Assembly: GCA_965208835.1 (NCBI GenBank) | Contig: OZ242358.1 | Coordinates: 4,096,001-4,160,000, forward strand | Source: Candidatus Latescibacterota bacterium | Lineage (GTDB): Bacteria; Latescibacterota; UBA2968; GCA-2709665 | Direction of reading: 5' to 3' | Length of the DNA stretch: 64,000 bases | Part shown: positions 9,343 to 19,033 of the stretch, one piece after another | Layout of the letters: each line of letters begins with the position of its first letter | How positions within the stretch are numbered: position 1 is the stretch's first letter | Translations under genes and position numbers: made by a program | The notes under the pieces: model-generated | The model's input: only the letters and a program-made list of their open reading frames with translations | The model's database searches: none | What the model was told of the DNA's origin: nothing

Positions 9343-10607
9343 AACTGCCTCCTCTTTGCCGTCACCCGATCGGTGACGAGGTGAATAATGCCGTCAGCAC
9401 TGGGGCGTGCACCGGCACACACATCGCTCCTTGTCGACCAACGAATACCGACGCTGATGTGGCGACAATCCCAACAGCGGAAATTGTCAGTCGTTTTATC
9501 GAATGCACTGTCACTTCACAACAGTAGCAATTCTGTTCGGAAACTGGAACGGACAAATCGCACGGTTGAACGGAACGTTCGAAATTAGCCGGTACGTGAC
9601 CTCGGCCAGCGGCCGTGACATGACGCCTCGCAGCCTTGAGAGAAAGACAGCGGTACACCTCGCGAATGCGTTCAGTTGCACACAAATCCGCTGTCGGAGG
9701 GATTTCGCCGATGAGAGAAGGAAGGCACGATATGGAGCCGTGGAAGGGCTGGCCGGGCATTTAGCCGCACCGGCAGAAAGAAAGAGGAAGGAAGGTAGGA
9801 TCGAAAGTTCTATCGTGAGACGCTTTGCCCGATTCTTGTCGGCCGCGTGTCGCGCCCATTGAAACGTTGAGGGCTCCGGGGCAATGGCCGCCATCGCGGC
9901 CAGCCTCGTCACCGCCAGCTTGAGTACCATGTCCACTCCCTCCCTTTAGCCTTCGGCAACTCAGTTCATTGCCACGGACATTTGCAAGTCGCGGTTTCTG
10001 TATGCCCTGGCATTCCAAAACTGTTAACGGGTTGGAAAGGATTCACCAAATCCGTCTTCAATTTCCGGTTCAGGCGACGTTTCATGATGATGGCGGCAGA
10101 AGCCGACTGAGAACTTTCAGTCAAGAAACAAAGTGGTATAGACCTGGTACACTGACTCCTTTCATTCGAATTTTCCCGGCGGAATAGAGACGCGATAGAC
10201 TTGACCTGTACCGCGCGACGGGAAAATCGCGTTAGGTTGTTGCGATAATAGACCCAGAATGGAGAACCGTGCCGGACGGCCGCGTCGCCGGATCGCAAAT
10301 ACCGATCTCCCGTTTCGAGTCATCTCAAGTCAAGGGTGAAAACAGCCAACTGTTAAAATTAGGAAGTCGCGCTCACGTGGCATCTGCCCGGGATTCCGAA
10401 ATTCGCGCGCCAGCCCATTCGGCACTATTACCTGAATCATCCTGGCTATATCGCACATAATATAACACTTTATTACGTGACATGTTCGTGATATTTGCCT
10501 TTAATAAGTGATTCCTTTGTTATATATTGCCCGAGATGACGTAGCAGAGGTAATTCACAAAAACGGATAATACCTGCGAATAAAAAATCCGAGATCCAAC
10601 TTTGAAG

Positions 10608-11333
10608 TCAAGACCTAAGGTTTGTCCGGACGTCCTGGACTTGTCCCAGTTTCCAATTTCTACGGTATTTCGTCGGGCTGTTTCCATATTTCTCTTTAAA
10701 TACCTTGCTGAACGTCGACAATGATCCGAAGCCGCACAGATAAGCGATTTCGGAAATCGAAGCCGTAGTGTTTTTTAGTGCTACTTCGGCTTTCGCCAGG
10801 CGAACGTTCCGCAGACTCCTCGTGAATGATTCTCCAAGGTGCATTCTGAACAAGGCGTATCCATAGGACTTGGAGAACCTGAAATAACGCACGACGTCTT
10901 CGAATTTCAGGTTGGGATTGCTGTGGTTGTCTTCGAGAAACGACTCCAACCGGCTCTTCCACAAGTCCTGCAGAGGCATATATTTCCTGATGTTTGCCAG
11001 GAATATATCTCTGTCAATCGGCTTGTCAAATACGCTCATGGTGAAAGGCCTGTGCACCTTCTCTCCCGGTTCAAGGGTTCCCAGGCTTGTAACCAGCAGC
11101 ACTGACGTCTGAATCTCTTCTGCCTTCACGCCCTCCAGAAGCGTGATCCCCTCCTGATCCTCTACACATACCTCGACCACGGCCAGGTCGATCTTTTCTC
11201 TTCTCAGTATTTCAAGGCCCTTCGGTCCATTTTCCGCGGTGACGATTTCATAAGGTTCGTCTTTCAGGAATCCTGCAAGTTCCGACGTTACTTCCGGGTC
11301 TCGGTCCACGATCAAGATTTTCCGCTTATCCAT
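10608..11333 (-). CDS. Atypical response regulator, REC + AraC HTH
   Basis: ILIVDRD..DLAVVEV..FDKP receiver-like domain; SISEIAYLCGFGSLSTFSKVFK..SPTKYR AraC signature. Confidence 0.9.
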   Translation of the reverse strand: MDKRKILIVDRDPEVTSELAGFLKDEPYEIVTAENGPKGLEILRREKIDLAVVEVCVEDQEGITLLEGVKAEEIQTSVLLVTSLGTLEPGEKVHRPFTMSVFDKPIDRDIFLANIRKYMPLQDLWKSRLESFLEDNHSNPNLKFEDVVRYFRFSKSYGYALFRMHLGESFTRSLRNVRLAKAEVALKNTTASISEIAYLCGFGSLSTFSKVFKEKYGNSPTKYRRNWKLGQVQDVRTNLRS

Positions 11334-11509
11334 TGCGTTAGATCCCCCTCAACAATCAGAGTTGCCCGTATTCACGGCACACAGACATACGACGCACAAG
11401 CCTGGGGGAATCTCCGACATACGGCTTACCGGAGCAGGTCATTGCGGTGCACACTAAGAATATCTGCGACGGAAATACGATGTCAAGAACGCAAGTTTGT
11501 TCTGGAGTA

Positions 11510-12208
11510 CTAAATTTGTCCCAGTTTCCAATTTCTGCGATATGTGGTCGGGTTTCTCCCGACTTTCGCCTTGAATACTTTGCTGAACGTCGATAGAGAC
11601 GCAAAGCCGCACAGATAGGCAATTTCCGAAACCGAAGCTGAAGTATTCTTCAGCGCGTCTTCAGCCTTTGCCAGTCGGACTCTCCGAAGTCGGACACTGA
11701 ATGATTCACCCAGATGTTGCTTGAACATTCGATAACCGTACGTCCGGGAGAATCTGAAATGACGTTCCACGTCCTCGAATTTCAACTCCGGATTGCTGTA
11801 GTTGTGTTCCAGAAACGAATCCACACGGTGCTCCCACGTGTCCTGCATTGGCAGGCATTTCCTTATACCCGCCAGGAACGAGTCTCTCTCTATTGGCTTG
11901 TCAAATACACTCACGGCATAGGCCCCGTTCGATCTCCTCGTCGAATCCAACTTTCCAATCCTCGTCACGAGCAACATCACCGTTCCAATCTCCTCTGCCT
12001 GCACCCCTTTCAGGATTGTTGTGCCGGCCATGTCCCGCGCACACGCCTCGACGACGGCGAGGTCGATCTTTCGGTTTCTGACAATTTCGAGACCTTTCAG
12101 TCCGTTTTCGGCGGTCACGATCTCATAGGGTTCGTCCTTAAGGAAACCCGCGAGTGTCGACGCTTCAGCGGACTCACGACCGACGATCAATATTCTCAGC
12201 TTGTTCAT
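11510..12208 (-). CDS. Atypical response regulator, REC + AraC HTH (tandem paralog)
   Basis: Start reset to MNKLRILIV (ATG 12208) by alignment with the neighbouring paralog; same AraC signature. Confidence 0.88.
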   Translation of the reverse strand: MNKLRILIVGRESAEASTLAGFLKDEPYEIVTAENGLKGLEIVRNRKIDLAVVEACARDMAGTTILKGVQAEEIGTVMLLVTRIGKLDSTRRSNGAYAVSVFDKPIERDSFLAGIRKCLPMQDTWEHRVDSFLEHNYSNPELKFEDVERHFRFSRTYGYRMFKQHLGESFSVRLRRVRLAKAEDALKNTSASVSEIAYLCGFASLSTFSKVFKAKVGRNPTTYRRNWKLGQI

Positions 12209-13028
12209 GGCTTCACTCCATGGTAGGAATACGGGTTGCCTGTAACCACGACGCAAAGACGCGCCTGGCACGCACAATTCGGAGTATCCGGATTGCGGCG
12301 ATCTACAGCCGGCCGTTACATCGCACGCTCTGATCGCACGCGCCGAAAACAGGAATGAAAACAGGTTGGAAAGAAGATGCCTCGGGAGAGGATGTGGCCT
12401 GATCGCCTGCAGAACTACCCGGAGAGGGAGCGAACCGACGGATCTGCGAGTGAAGCGATCGCGAGGAAATGGAAAACACCGGGCCCGGCACACTGGCGGT
12501 GTTGAGCGCGAAGGCGGGAAATTTGGGAGAAAATGCCATAATCAATTGTGCGAACCGTTCAGTGAATTGGGTGATGTCTGGTGTCGTGCCGTTCGCGAGG
12601 ATTCGTCTCGAAAACTCGCAGATTCATCATCCAATTTACATAATTATTTGTTTTTACTTCACTTAAAATCAGTTCGCTTTATCGATCCTGGCGTTTTCCT
12701 CTCGAATGGTCACAAAATGCGCTGGTTAGGATAACTTCCTGAAGGCATCCGGGGCAAGCCGTGCCACTCAACCCCGGACATCCCGATTTCCGTCAACTAT
12801 TGCGCTTCACACGCTCTTGCCCGGCCAGAGGTTCCAAAAAAATTTCGTGCTGGATGATAAGTGTTTAAATAATCGAAACTTATAAAGTTCCAATGTTTGC
12901 GCAACTTTCATTAACTGTCTGAATCGCCGTTGTCGCGACGGATGCATCCTCGATACAATGCGCAAAAAAAAAACCGTAACGGCAGCCAGGATTCGCAGGC
13001 CGCCCCACGGACAAATTCGCACCCTTAA

Positions 13029-13188
13029 CAGCCCTTTGAAAAAGCCCATCCGGGCTACGGCCGGCCCTTACGGTCGGAATACCGCGTTGCGTGCCCTCGC
13101 CGAATCGCTGGATGGGACTCGGTTGCGCGCCTTGTCTTCGACCACAATGCCTCGGCATCTCCTGCAGAGCGACTTTATCAACGGACTG
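13029..13188 (+). mobile_element. MITE-like repeat family B, copy 1
   Basis: Imperfect TIR CAGCCCTTTGAAAAAG...CTTTATCAACGGACTG; homologous to the copies at 24698, 34836 and 53664. Confidence 0.8.
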
Positions 13189-13252
13189 TCAACGAGTCTT
13201 TCGATTCTCAGGATCCCGCTGACCGATCGATGACCTTACCTTTCGACACGCC

Positions 13253-16200
13253 TCAACGGTATACGATCAACCGCTCTTTCACGCGGACCCGTTTACGGCC
13301 GTCATCCGCGGTAACGGTGTAGAGGTATACGCCGTTGGCCAGCAGGTGGCCGTCTGCGTCTCGAACGTCCCATCGAACCTGATTGTACCCCGCCCGCCCG
13401 GGTGCGTCTTCCAGAATCCGGATCAGTCTTCCGGAAACTGTAAAGATGCGGATCACGACCTCCGCAGGTCGAGACAGAATGTACGTAAACTCCGTCGCGT
13501 CCGCGGTCGGGTTGGGGACGTTCAGCACCCTCTCTATTGCGAGTTCCGACGATACCTGAAATGCCATGGACTTCTCTGCGGGGCCATTGCCCAGCTGGTC
13601 TGTCCCTGAAACGGAGAGCGTGTAGCGGCCGTCATCCAACCGAGGAGACCAGGTGAATCCCAAAGACGTCCGGTCTTCTTTCCGATCCGACACCCGGTCT
13701 GAGGTCAACACATCGGAGAGTTCATCATCGAGTCCTTTTAGCACAATTCGCACTGACCGGGCGTCTATGCCGCTCGAATCACGGAACACGGCCGAGAACT
13801 TCGGCGTCGACGGCAAATAGTCGTCCACCCTGACCTCGCCCGCCGCGTCCAGCGCGATCAGGTCCAATTCGGGCCCCGTCCGATCGTCGCTGGGATGGAC
13901 TTCAACAGTCTCGTCAGCTGTGGTCTCTCTCACGTAGTAGCTCCGACGGCCGGAGAGATCCTCAAGTCGGGCTGTTACGACGTTCGTTCCGGCAAATCTG
14001 GCGGTATTCCAAACGAGGGATACCGAGGTCGTTTCACCGACAGGCGTTTCTTCGGGAACCGGCGCGCGCCCAATCAATCGTCCGCTTTCAGGTGCACCGC
14101 TGTAAAAGGCCACCACAGCACCCGGAACCAGATTCAGGGGGCCCATGTTCCGGGCCTGAACCGTCAGCCGCACGGGTTCCAGTTCATCAACTTCGAGGGG
14201 CGCTGCATTCAGCCCTGACAAAACAAGATCGGACTGCGGCCGGTATCGAATCTGCCATCCGGTTAATCCGGCGGAGGGTCTCAATTCCTCTCCGAACAGC
14301 CGGACACGGACACGGATACGGTCTACTTTGAGATCGCCCAGGTTTATCCCACCTTCGGCGGCGACGCCGGTCCATTCGGCAAGGGGTGCGAATCCACCCT
14401 TCGGAGACGCGCCGAGTATATCCATTTCCGCTCGCCCGCCCGCCGCCGCCCGAACGTCGAGTGTCAATGCGTGCCAGGCACCGGCCGGACCGATCGGCTC
14501 CGACAACAGAGTCCCGTACGGCGGCAGCGATTTCCCCGCGTAACGGTAAATCGTCGGACCATTCAGCTGGCCCATCCATACCTTGTTGTTGATCCAATCG
14601 TACTGCCCGGTCAGGATATCGGTCTCGGCCTGGTCACTATCGTATTCCTCGACAAATTCCCCGTTCCGTGCGTCAACCACTCGAACCCTGTGGGTCAGCC
14701 CAGTACCGAATTCGACCAGATAGAGGTACTTTCCGTCCGCGATCACGCCGTCTGTAACCAGATACGCAAACCCGGTCTCGGTCGGCGCGACCGTGAATTC
14801 CCGCTCCAGCCGCCAATCGTTCGACGGATCGAACACCCGCACCGACCATCCTGAGCGCTGTACGCCGTCCACCGCTGCCGCCAGGTTGTATATATAGGTG
14901 CCGTCCGAAGTGATCAACGAGTGACCATCGAACACCAACCCGGTTCGGAACTCCATCAACCCGTCCGGCACCTGTACGCGATCCACAACCCCCGTTGACG
15001 GTGAAATCCGCGCCAGTTCGCGTCCCCGCCGATTGTCAGCATAAATAAACCCGTCACCGTGAAATGTTGCCGAAACCCCGAGGACGGGGGTTTCCGCAAG
15101 GACGCCGTAATTCTGTCCGGCGCGCGTGCCCCGGAATCCGGTGCCAATCCGCTCGAATATATCAGTCCCAGGATAGACCGCCGTAGGAGAATAGAACCTG
15201 TTCACGTAAAGGTAGGCGCCGTCCGTACACAACACGCCCGTGCCCCTGACGCCCTCGGCGGCGAACGCCTCTTCCCGGGTGGCCGCGTTCAAACGCAATG
15301 GCGGGGGATCGACTACCCTGGAAACCGCGCTGTCAGCCAGCCGAACGTCGGTTCCTTCGGCCGACCGAAAAGCCCTGACTGCGTCCTGGCGCCACACAAC
15401 CTCCCGCTCGGGCGCGGCGGGCTGTGCGGTGAACTCCATCACGGCGGACCAAGCCCCGAATTCGTCGGCCTCTCGCACCCGAATCCGCCAGAAGTATGTT
15501 CCCGGAGCCAGTTCAGCCGCCTTCCACAACACGAGCCCCTCGCGCCCCGCGACGGGTCCGGAGCGAATCACGCCCGGCCCGTCGAACGACGGCGAGCCAC
15601 TCACCTCGAACTCTCCGTACGTTTCCTGAGCGACTGTACCCACACGCACGGCCAACTGCACTGCAGAAGCTGGTACGACCTGACTCTGCCTTGGCATCGT
15701 GGGCACGGCCGCCAGACCGCCGGCTACGTACAGCTCGACCTCCACGTGGTTATTGGCTTCATCCAGCTCCGGAATCTCATCGTCAGGATCCGCCGTCAGC
15801 GCCAGCAGGTGTCTTCCGGACCGGCCGGCCAACCGCCACATCACCGCTGTGCTGTCGGACTGGCCAAAGGCGGGGAACACGCCCGCAAATAGCGTATCGA
15901 CCACTCCGCGGTCCAGATTGCGGTCCACCAGAAGAACCGCGGGGCCAGTACGTGGCGTGATACCGGCGTTTTCTAACCGGATTGCGATCCGGACCGAGTC
16001 TTCCACAGTCAACTGAGTCATCCTCTCGACTTTCAGGCTACCGGAATCCAGAGCAAAGTCGGGGTTCGGCAAAATGGCAAGCTCCTGTGCGGGGTCCCCA
16101 ATCAACTGTATACCAAGGGTAAGCGTTCTAAGCTCGGGGAAACGCGTGTCCAGCGCCGCTTTTGCCACGGCCAGACCGGCGCCGAATTCGCGGACGCCGT

Positions 16201-19033
16201 CTCTCAAGAACGCGGCAAACAGGCGGTCGTTCAGAAAGTCGTTGGTTATGACAGCCGCGAGTGCTGACGCCGAGATATACGCGATCGCGCCGCCGTCCGC
16301 CTTCCCGGTCATTTCCTCCGCCAGGCACGTGAATCTGGGATCCGAAAAACGACCATTCAGGCAGGACAATGCCACGACGATCGGCAAACGGTCCGCATTG
16401 ACGATCTGACGCATATAGTTATAGCTTCTTCGTTGCGAACTTCCTCTCAGGAACCGCGCCATTCCCGAGACGCTTCCGTGCCCCAGGAAATTCACCAGCA
16501 GCCGCCCCTCGTTGATTTGCCGGATGACTTTACCCGTGTCCTCATTGGGTTCAGGTCCGATATCCTCATCGTTGTAAACCTTGAAAGATTCCAATCCCAG
16601 CGGCTCGGCGTAGTTCGCCGACAACCGGTCGCTGGGGGACGTGAAGATGGACAACGGATTGTAGTTTGCCATAAACAGCGCCCTGTCCCGCCACCGGTCA
16701 TTCGGCGCGTGGTCATAGGCTACGATTTTACGGACCAGGGCCGCCGCCCCCCGTCGAGTAGCCACCGGAAGTCGGCCCACGAATACATCCTGGAACAGAT
16801 CGTCCTCTGAACCCGCGACCGCGCCGAAAAAGTGGTCCGTATATGTCAGCCCCCTTCTTACGGACTGGAAAGGAAGCGAGGGAACAACGGACATGGCCAC
16901 GTGCCGCTCCACGACGGATTCTTCAAAGTTGCGCCGGTAATCGAAACTATCCGGGCCGAATAGCAGAAGATAGGTTGGCCGCAACGTCCAGTTTTCGAAG
17001 GCGTATCGCATGAATCGACGGATTGCCCGCGGCTCGAACTGCCCAAAGGAGAACGCGTCGTAGATATCCATAACGTCCACGACCTGAACCTGCAGTCCTC
17101 GTCCTCGCCTGTGATCCGCCAGGCGCTCCGCCGCTTCGCGAAACCGCGGATGGACAACAATTGCGTAGTCTGCACCCTCCTGCCCGAACGCCGGCACCCT
17201 GGCCGCCTCTCCGGCGGGCGCCCTTGGGATAGCTTCTGAATCCATCGCGACAAACCGCCCGGATACGGCCGGCAGTTCGAATCTGGCCTGAAATCCCCCA
17301 TCCCGTGGCGTCACCTGAACGTGCTGGATCCTTCGTGCTCCGGCGAGGTCGTAAACGGACACGTCGGCCGTCCGAAAACCCGAAATGGAGAAATCCCGGC
17401 CTTCTTCGGTTTCATCAGGTTCGAACTCCAGCTTGCCTTCTACGCACTCGAACCTGCGGGTATAGGTGACTTCCACCCAGTTGAGCAGAACGTGTTCGAT
17501 GTAGTCGGCCGGAAAATCCGCGGCTCCCGGCGTCGCGAGCGTCACCCGGATCGTATCGCCTAGTTCCGACGCCGGCACCGCCCCTTCGGCGACAAACGCG
17601 CGCTTCCCGTCCCACCGGTCGTCGGCCAGAACCGTTCCGCCGGGAAGCCGAACGACCGTGCGATGATCGGGTTCGAACAATCGTCTGAAGGTCAATCCGT
17701 GCATGCCAACCCTGATGTGGGCCGTCGTTGCCGGGGTACGGTCCAACCCGGGCAATGCCACGGGCACGGTCACGGGATACTCGCTCACGTTTTGAAGACC
17801 GGTACCAGGCCTGCCCGGCGAGCCGGTTCGCCCCCAGAACCAGTGGTCTCGATTCTCGTCAGGAGCGCCTCCGAGCGGATCGTAAAGCGAATCGACCTCG
17901 GCATGCACCCTATGCGTGAACAGAGTGGCCGGTTGGTATTCGCTCCCGGGCGACCCGTCCACCTCCTCAAAACGCAGGCCGGGTCTGCCGTCAAGCGTGA
18001 GCCAGTATACCTGTTCGCGTCCCAGTTCATGTTCGAAATTCCGATCCGGCGCACGTCTGTACTCCCCGTAGAATATCGCCTCCCCTCCCTCTCCGGGCAC
18101 ACCGTCTCCATCGTTCCGAACGTCTACGGGTATCTCCTGACCGTTGAGAAAGACCTTCAGTCGTTCCAGGTCTCCCGTCTGCAGGGCAATGCCCGCATCG
18201 GCGAACCAGTCCGCGTCCAGCCGATAAAGCCCGTTATCCTTTATCCGGATCTTGTAGTATTCGGCCGCCGGATCCAGGTTTTCCGAGATCCGTGGCTTTC
18301 GAAGCCCGTCGTCCTGTTCGGCCCGTCCCCTCCAGGGCCGCGCCTGATCCGCATTCAACAATGAGGTCTCGTAGAATTCCTCGAACCCACCGCCGGAGCC
18401 TTCGGCAGAAGGCGAAACCCCAATGGAACCCTCGTCACGTACGAACCGTACGCGCACCCGAAGCTTGCGGGCGATGCGAAGCTGCTGCCGTGCCGGGTTG
18501 TACTGTATCGGCCTTAAGGATATTCCGGCAACCCGCTGGTCCCGCATGACGCCGATGCGAGAAACCACGGCCTGCTCCTCAGGATAGAGGCCATCGGTGG
18601 CGTAAAAATCCACATCCGGCTCGTAAACCTCGACTTCCGTCTCGAACTCCCCCCGACCAGTCGACCGGGACCGCGGCGCCGGCATAAGCAGCACCCCCGA
18701 AATCTCTTCGAACTCCACTCCCACAACCGTAACCGCGATTCGCGCCCCGAAAGGCACACCCAACAACGTCCCTCGCACGGGCACCGCCGGAAGCCCTGGT
18801 TCGGGCAACCACATTCCACCGGGCAATTGAACCTGAGTGTAGGCAACACCGTCAAGATGGACGGTTCGAAGCTGATAGTCCGAACCGTCGACCTCGATCT
18901 CGACTGCGTCCGCTTCCGTCCGTACCAGTCGCGGCTCGCCTCCGTAGGTCCCGGGCGTTACGTGAGGGATCAGGAGCATCAGAGCGAAAAACGCACACGC
19001 TTGTAAGAAACGCGCTGACATGATCGTTACCAT
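13253..19033 (-). CDS. C25 (gingipain/PorU-like) cysteine peptidase with propeptide, CARDB domains and FlgD/T9SS-type tail
   Basis: Propeptide motif (PGLPAVP..PIQYNP); YKIRIKDNGLYRL; DIYDAFSFG; VGRLPV; catalytic FLGHG and ALSCLNG; VLNVPNP..LANGVYLY tail. Confidence 0.9.
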   Translation of the reverse strand: MVTIMSARFLQACAFFALMLLIPHVTPGTYGGEPRLVRTEADAVEIEVDGSDYQLRTVHLDGVAYTQVQLPGGMWLPEPGLPAVPVRGTLLGVPFGARIAVTVVGVEFEEISGVLLMPAPRSRSTGRGEFETEVEVYEPDVDFYATDGLYPEEQAVVSRIGVMRDQRVAGISLRPIQYNPARQQLRIARKLRVRVRFVRDEGSIGVSPSAEGSGGGFEEFYETSLLNADQARPWRGRAEQDDGLRKPRISENLDPAAEYYKIRIKDNGLYRLDADWFADAGIALQTGDLERLKVFLNGQEIPVDVRNDGDGVPGEGGEAIFYGEYRRAPDRNFEHELGREQVYWLTLDGRPGLRFEEVDGSPGSEYQPATLFTHRVHAEVDSLYDPLGGAPDENRDHWFWGRTGSPGRPGTGLQNVSEYPVTVPVALPGLDRTPATTAHIRVGMHGLTFRRLFEPDHRTVVRLPGGTVLADDRWDGKRAFVAEGAVPASELGDTIRVTLATPGAADFPADYIEHVLLNWVEVTYTRRFECVEGKLEFEPDETEEGRDFSISGFRTADVSVYDLAGARRIQHVQVTPRDGGFQARFELPAVSGRFVAMDSEAIPRAPAGEAARVPAFGQEGADYAIVVHPRFREAAERLADHRRGRGLQVQVVDVMDIYDAFSFGQFEPRAIRRFMRYAFENWTLRPTYLLLFGPDSFDYRRNFEESVVERHVAMSVVPSLPFQSVRRGLTYTDHFFGAVAGSEDDLFQDVFVGRLPVATRRGAAALVRKIVAYDHAPNDRWRDRALFMANYNPLSIFTSPSDRLSANYAEPLGLESFKVYNDEDIGPEPNEDTGKVIRQINEGRLLVNFLGHGSVSGMARFLRGSSQRRSYNYMRQIVNADRLPIVVALSCLNGRFSDPRFTCLAEEMTGKADGGAIAYISASALAAVITNDFLNDRLFAAFLRDGVREFGAGLAVAKAALDTRFPELRTLTLGIQLIGDPAQELAILPNPDFALDSGSLKVERMTQLTVEDSVRIAIRLENAGITPRTGPAVLLVDRNLDRGVVDTLFAGVFPAFGQSDSTAVMWRLAGRSGRHLLALTADPDDEIPELDEANNHVEVELYVAGGLAAVPTMPRQSQVVPASAVQLAVRVGTVAQETYGEFEVSGSPSFDGPGVIRSGPVAGREGLVLWKAAELAPGTYFWRIRVREADEFGAWSAVMEFTAQPAAPEREVVWRQDAVRAFRSAEGTDVRLADSAVSRVVDPPPLRLNAATREEAFAAEGVRGTGVLCTDGAYLYVNRFYSPTAVYPGTDIFERIGTGFRGTRAGQNYGVLAETPVLGVSATFHGDGFIYADNRRGRELARISPSTGVVDRVQVPDGLMEFRTGLVFDGHSLITSDGTYIYNLAAAVDGVQRSGWSVRVFDPSNDWRLEREFTVAPTETGFAYLVTDGVIADGKYLYLVEFGTGLTHRVRVVDARNGEFVEEYDSDQAETDILTGQYDWINNKVWMGQLNGPTIYRYAGKSLPPYGTLLSEPIGPAGAWHALTLDVRAAAGGRAEMDILGASPKGGFAPLAEWTGVAAEGGINLGDLKVDRIRVRVRLFGEELRPSAGLTGWQIRYRPQSDLVLSGLNAAPLEVDELEPVRLTVQARNMGPLNLVPGAVVAFYSGAPESGRLIGRAPVPEETPVGETTSVSLVWNTARFAGTNVVTARLEDLSGRRSYYVRETTADETVEVHPSDDRTGPELDLIALDAAGEVRVDDYLPSTPKFSAVFRDSSGIDARSVRIVLKGLDDELSDVLTSDRVSDRKEDRTSLGFTWSPRLDDGRYTLSVSGTDQLGNGPAEKSMAFQVSSELAIERVLNVPNPTADATEFTYILSRPAEVVIRIFTVSGRLIRILEDAPGRAGYNQVRWDVRDADGHLLANGVYLYTVTADDGRKRVRVKERLIVYR

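Noticed and set aside
12209-12493. N-terminal extension of the second AraC ORF
   Set aside because: Alignment with the paralog puts the start at 12208; the extension is homologous to the paralog's non-coding upstream region.
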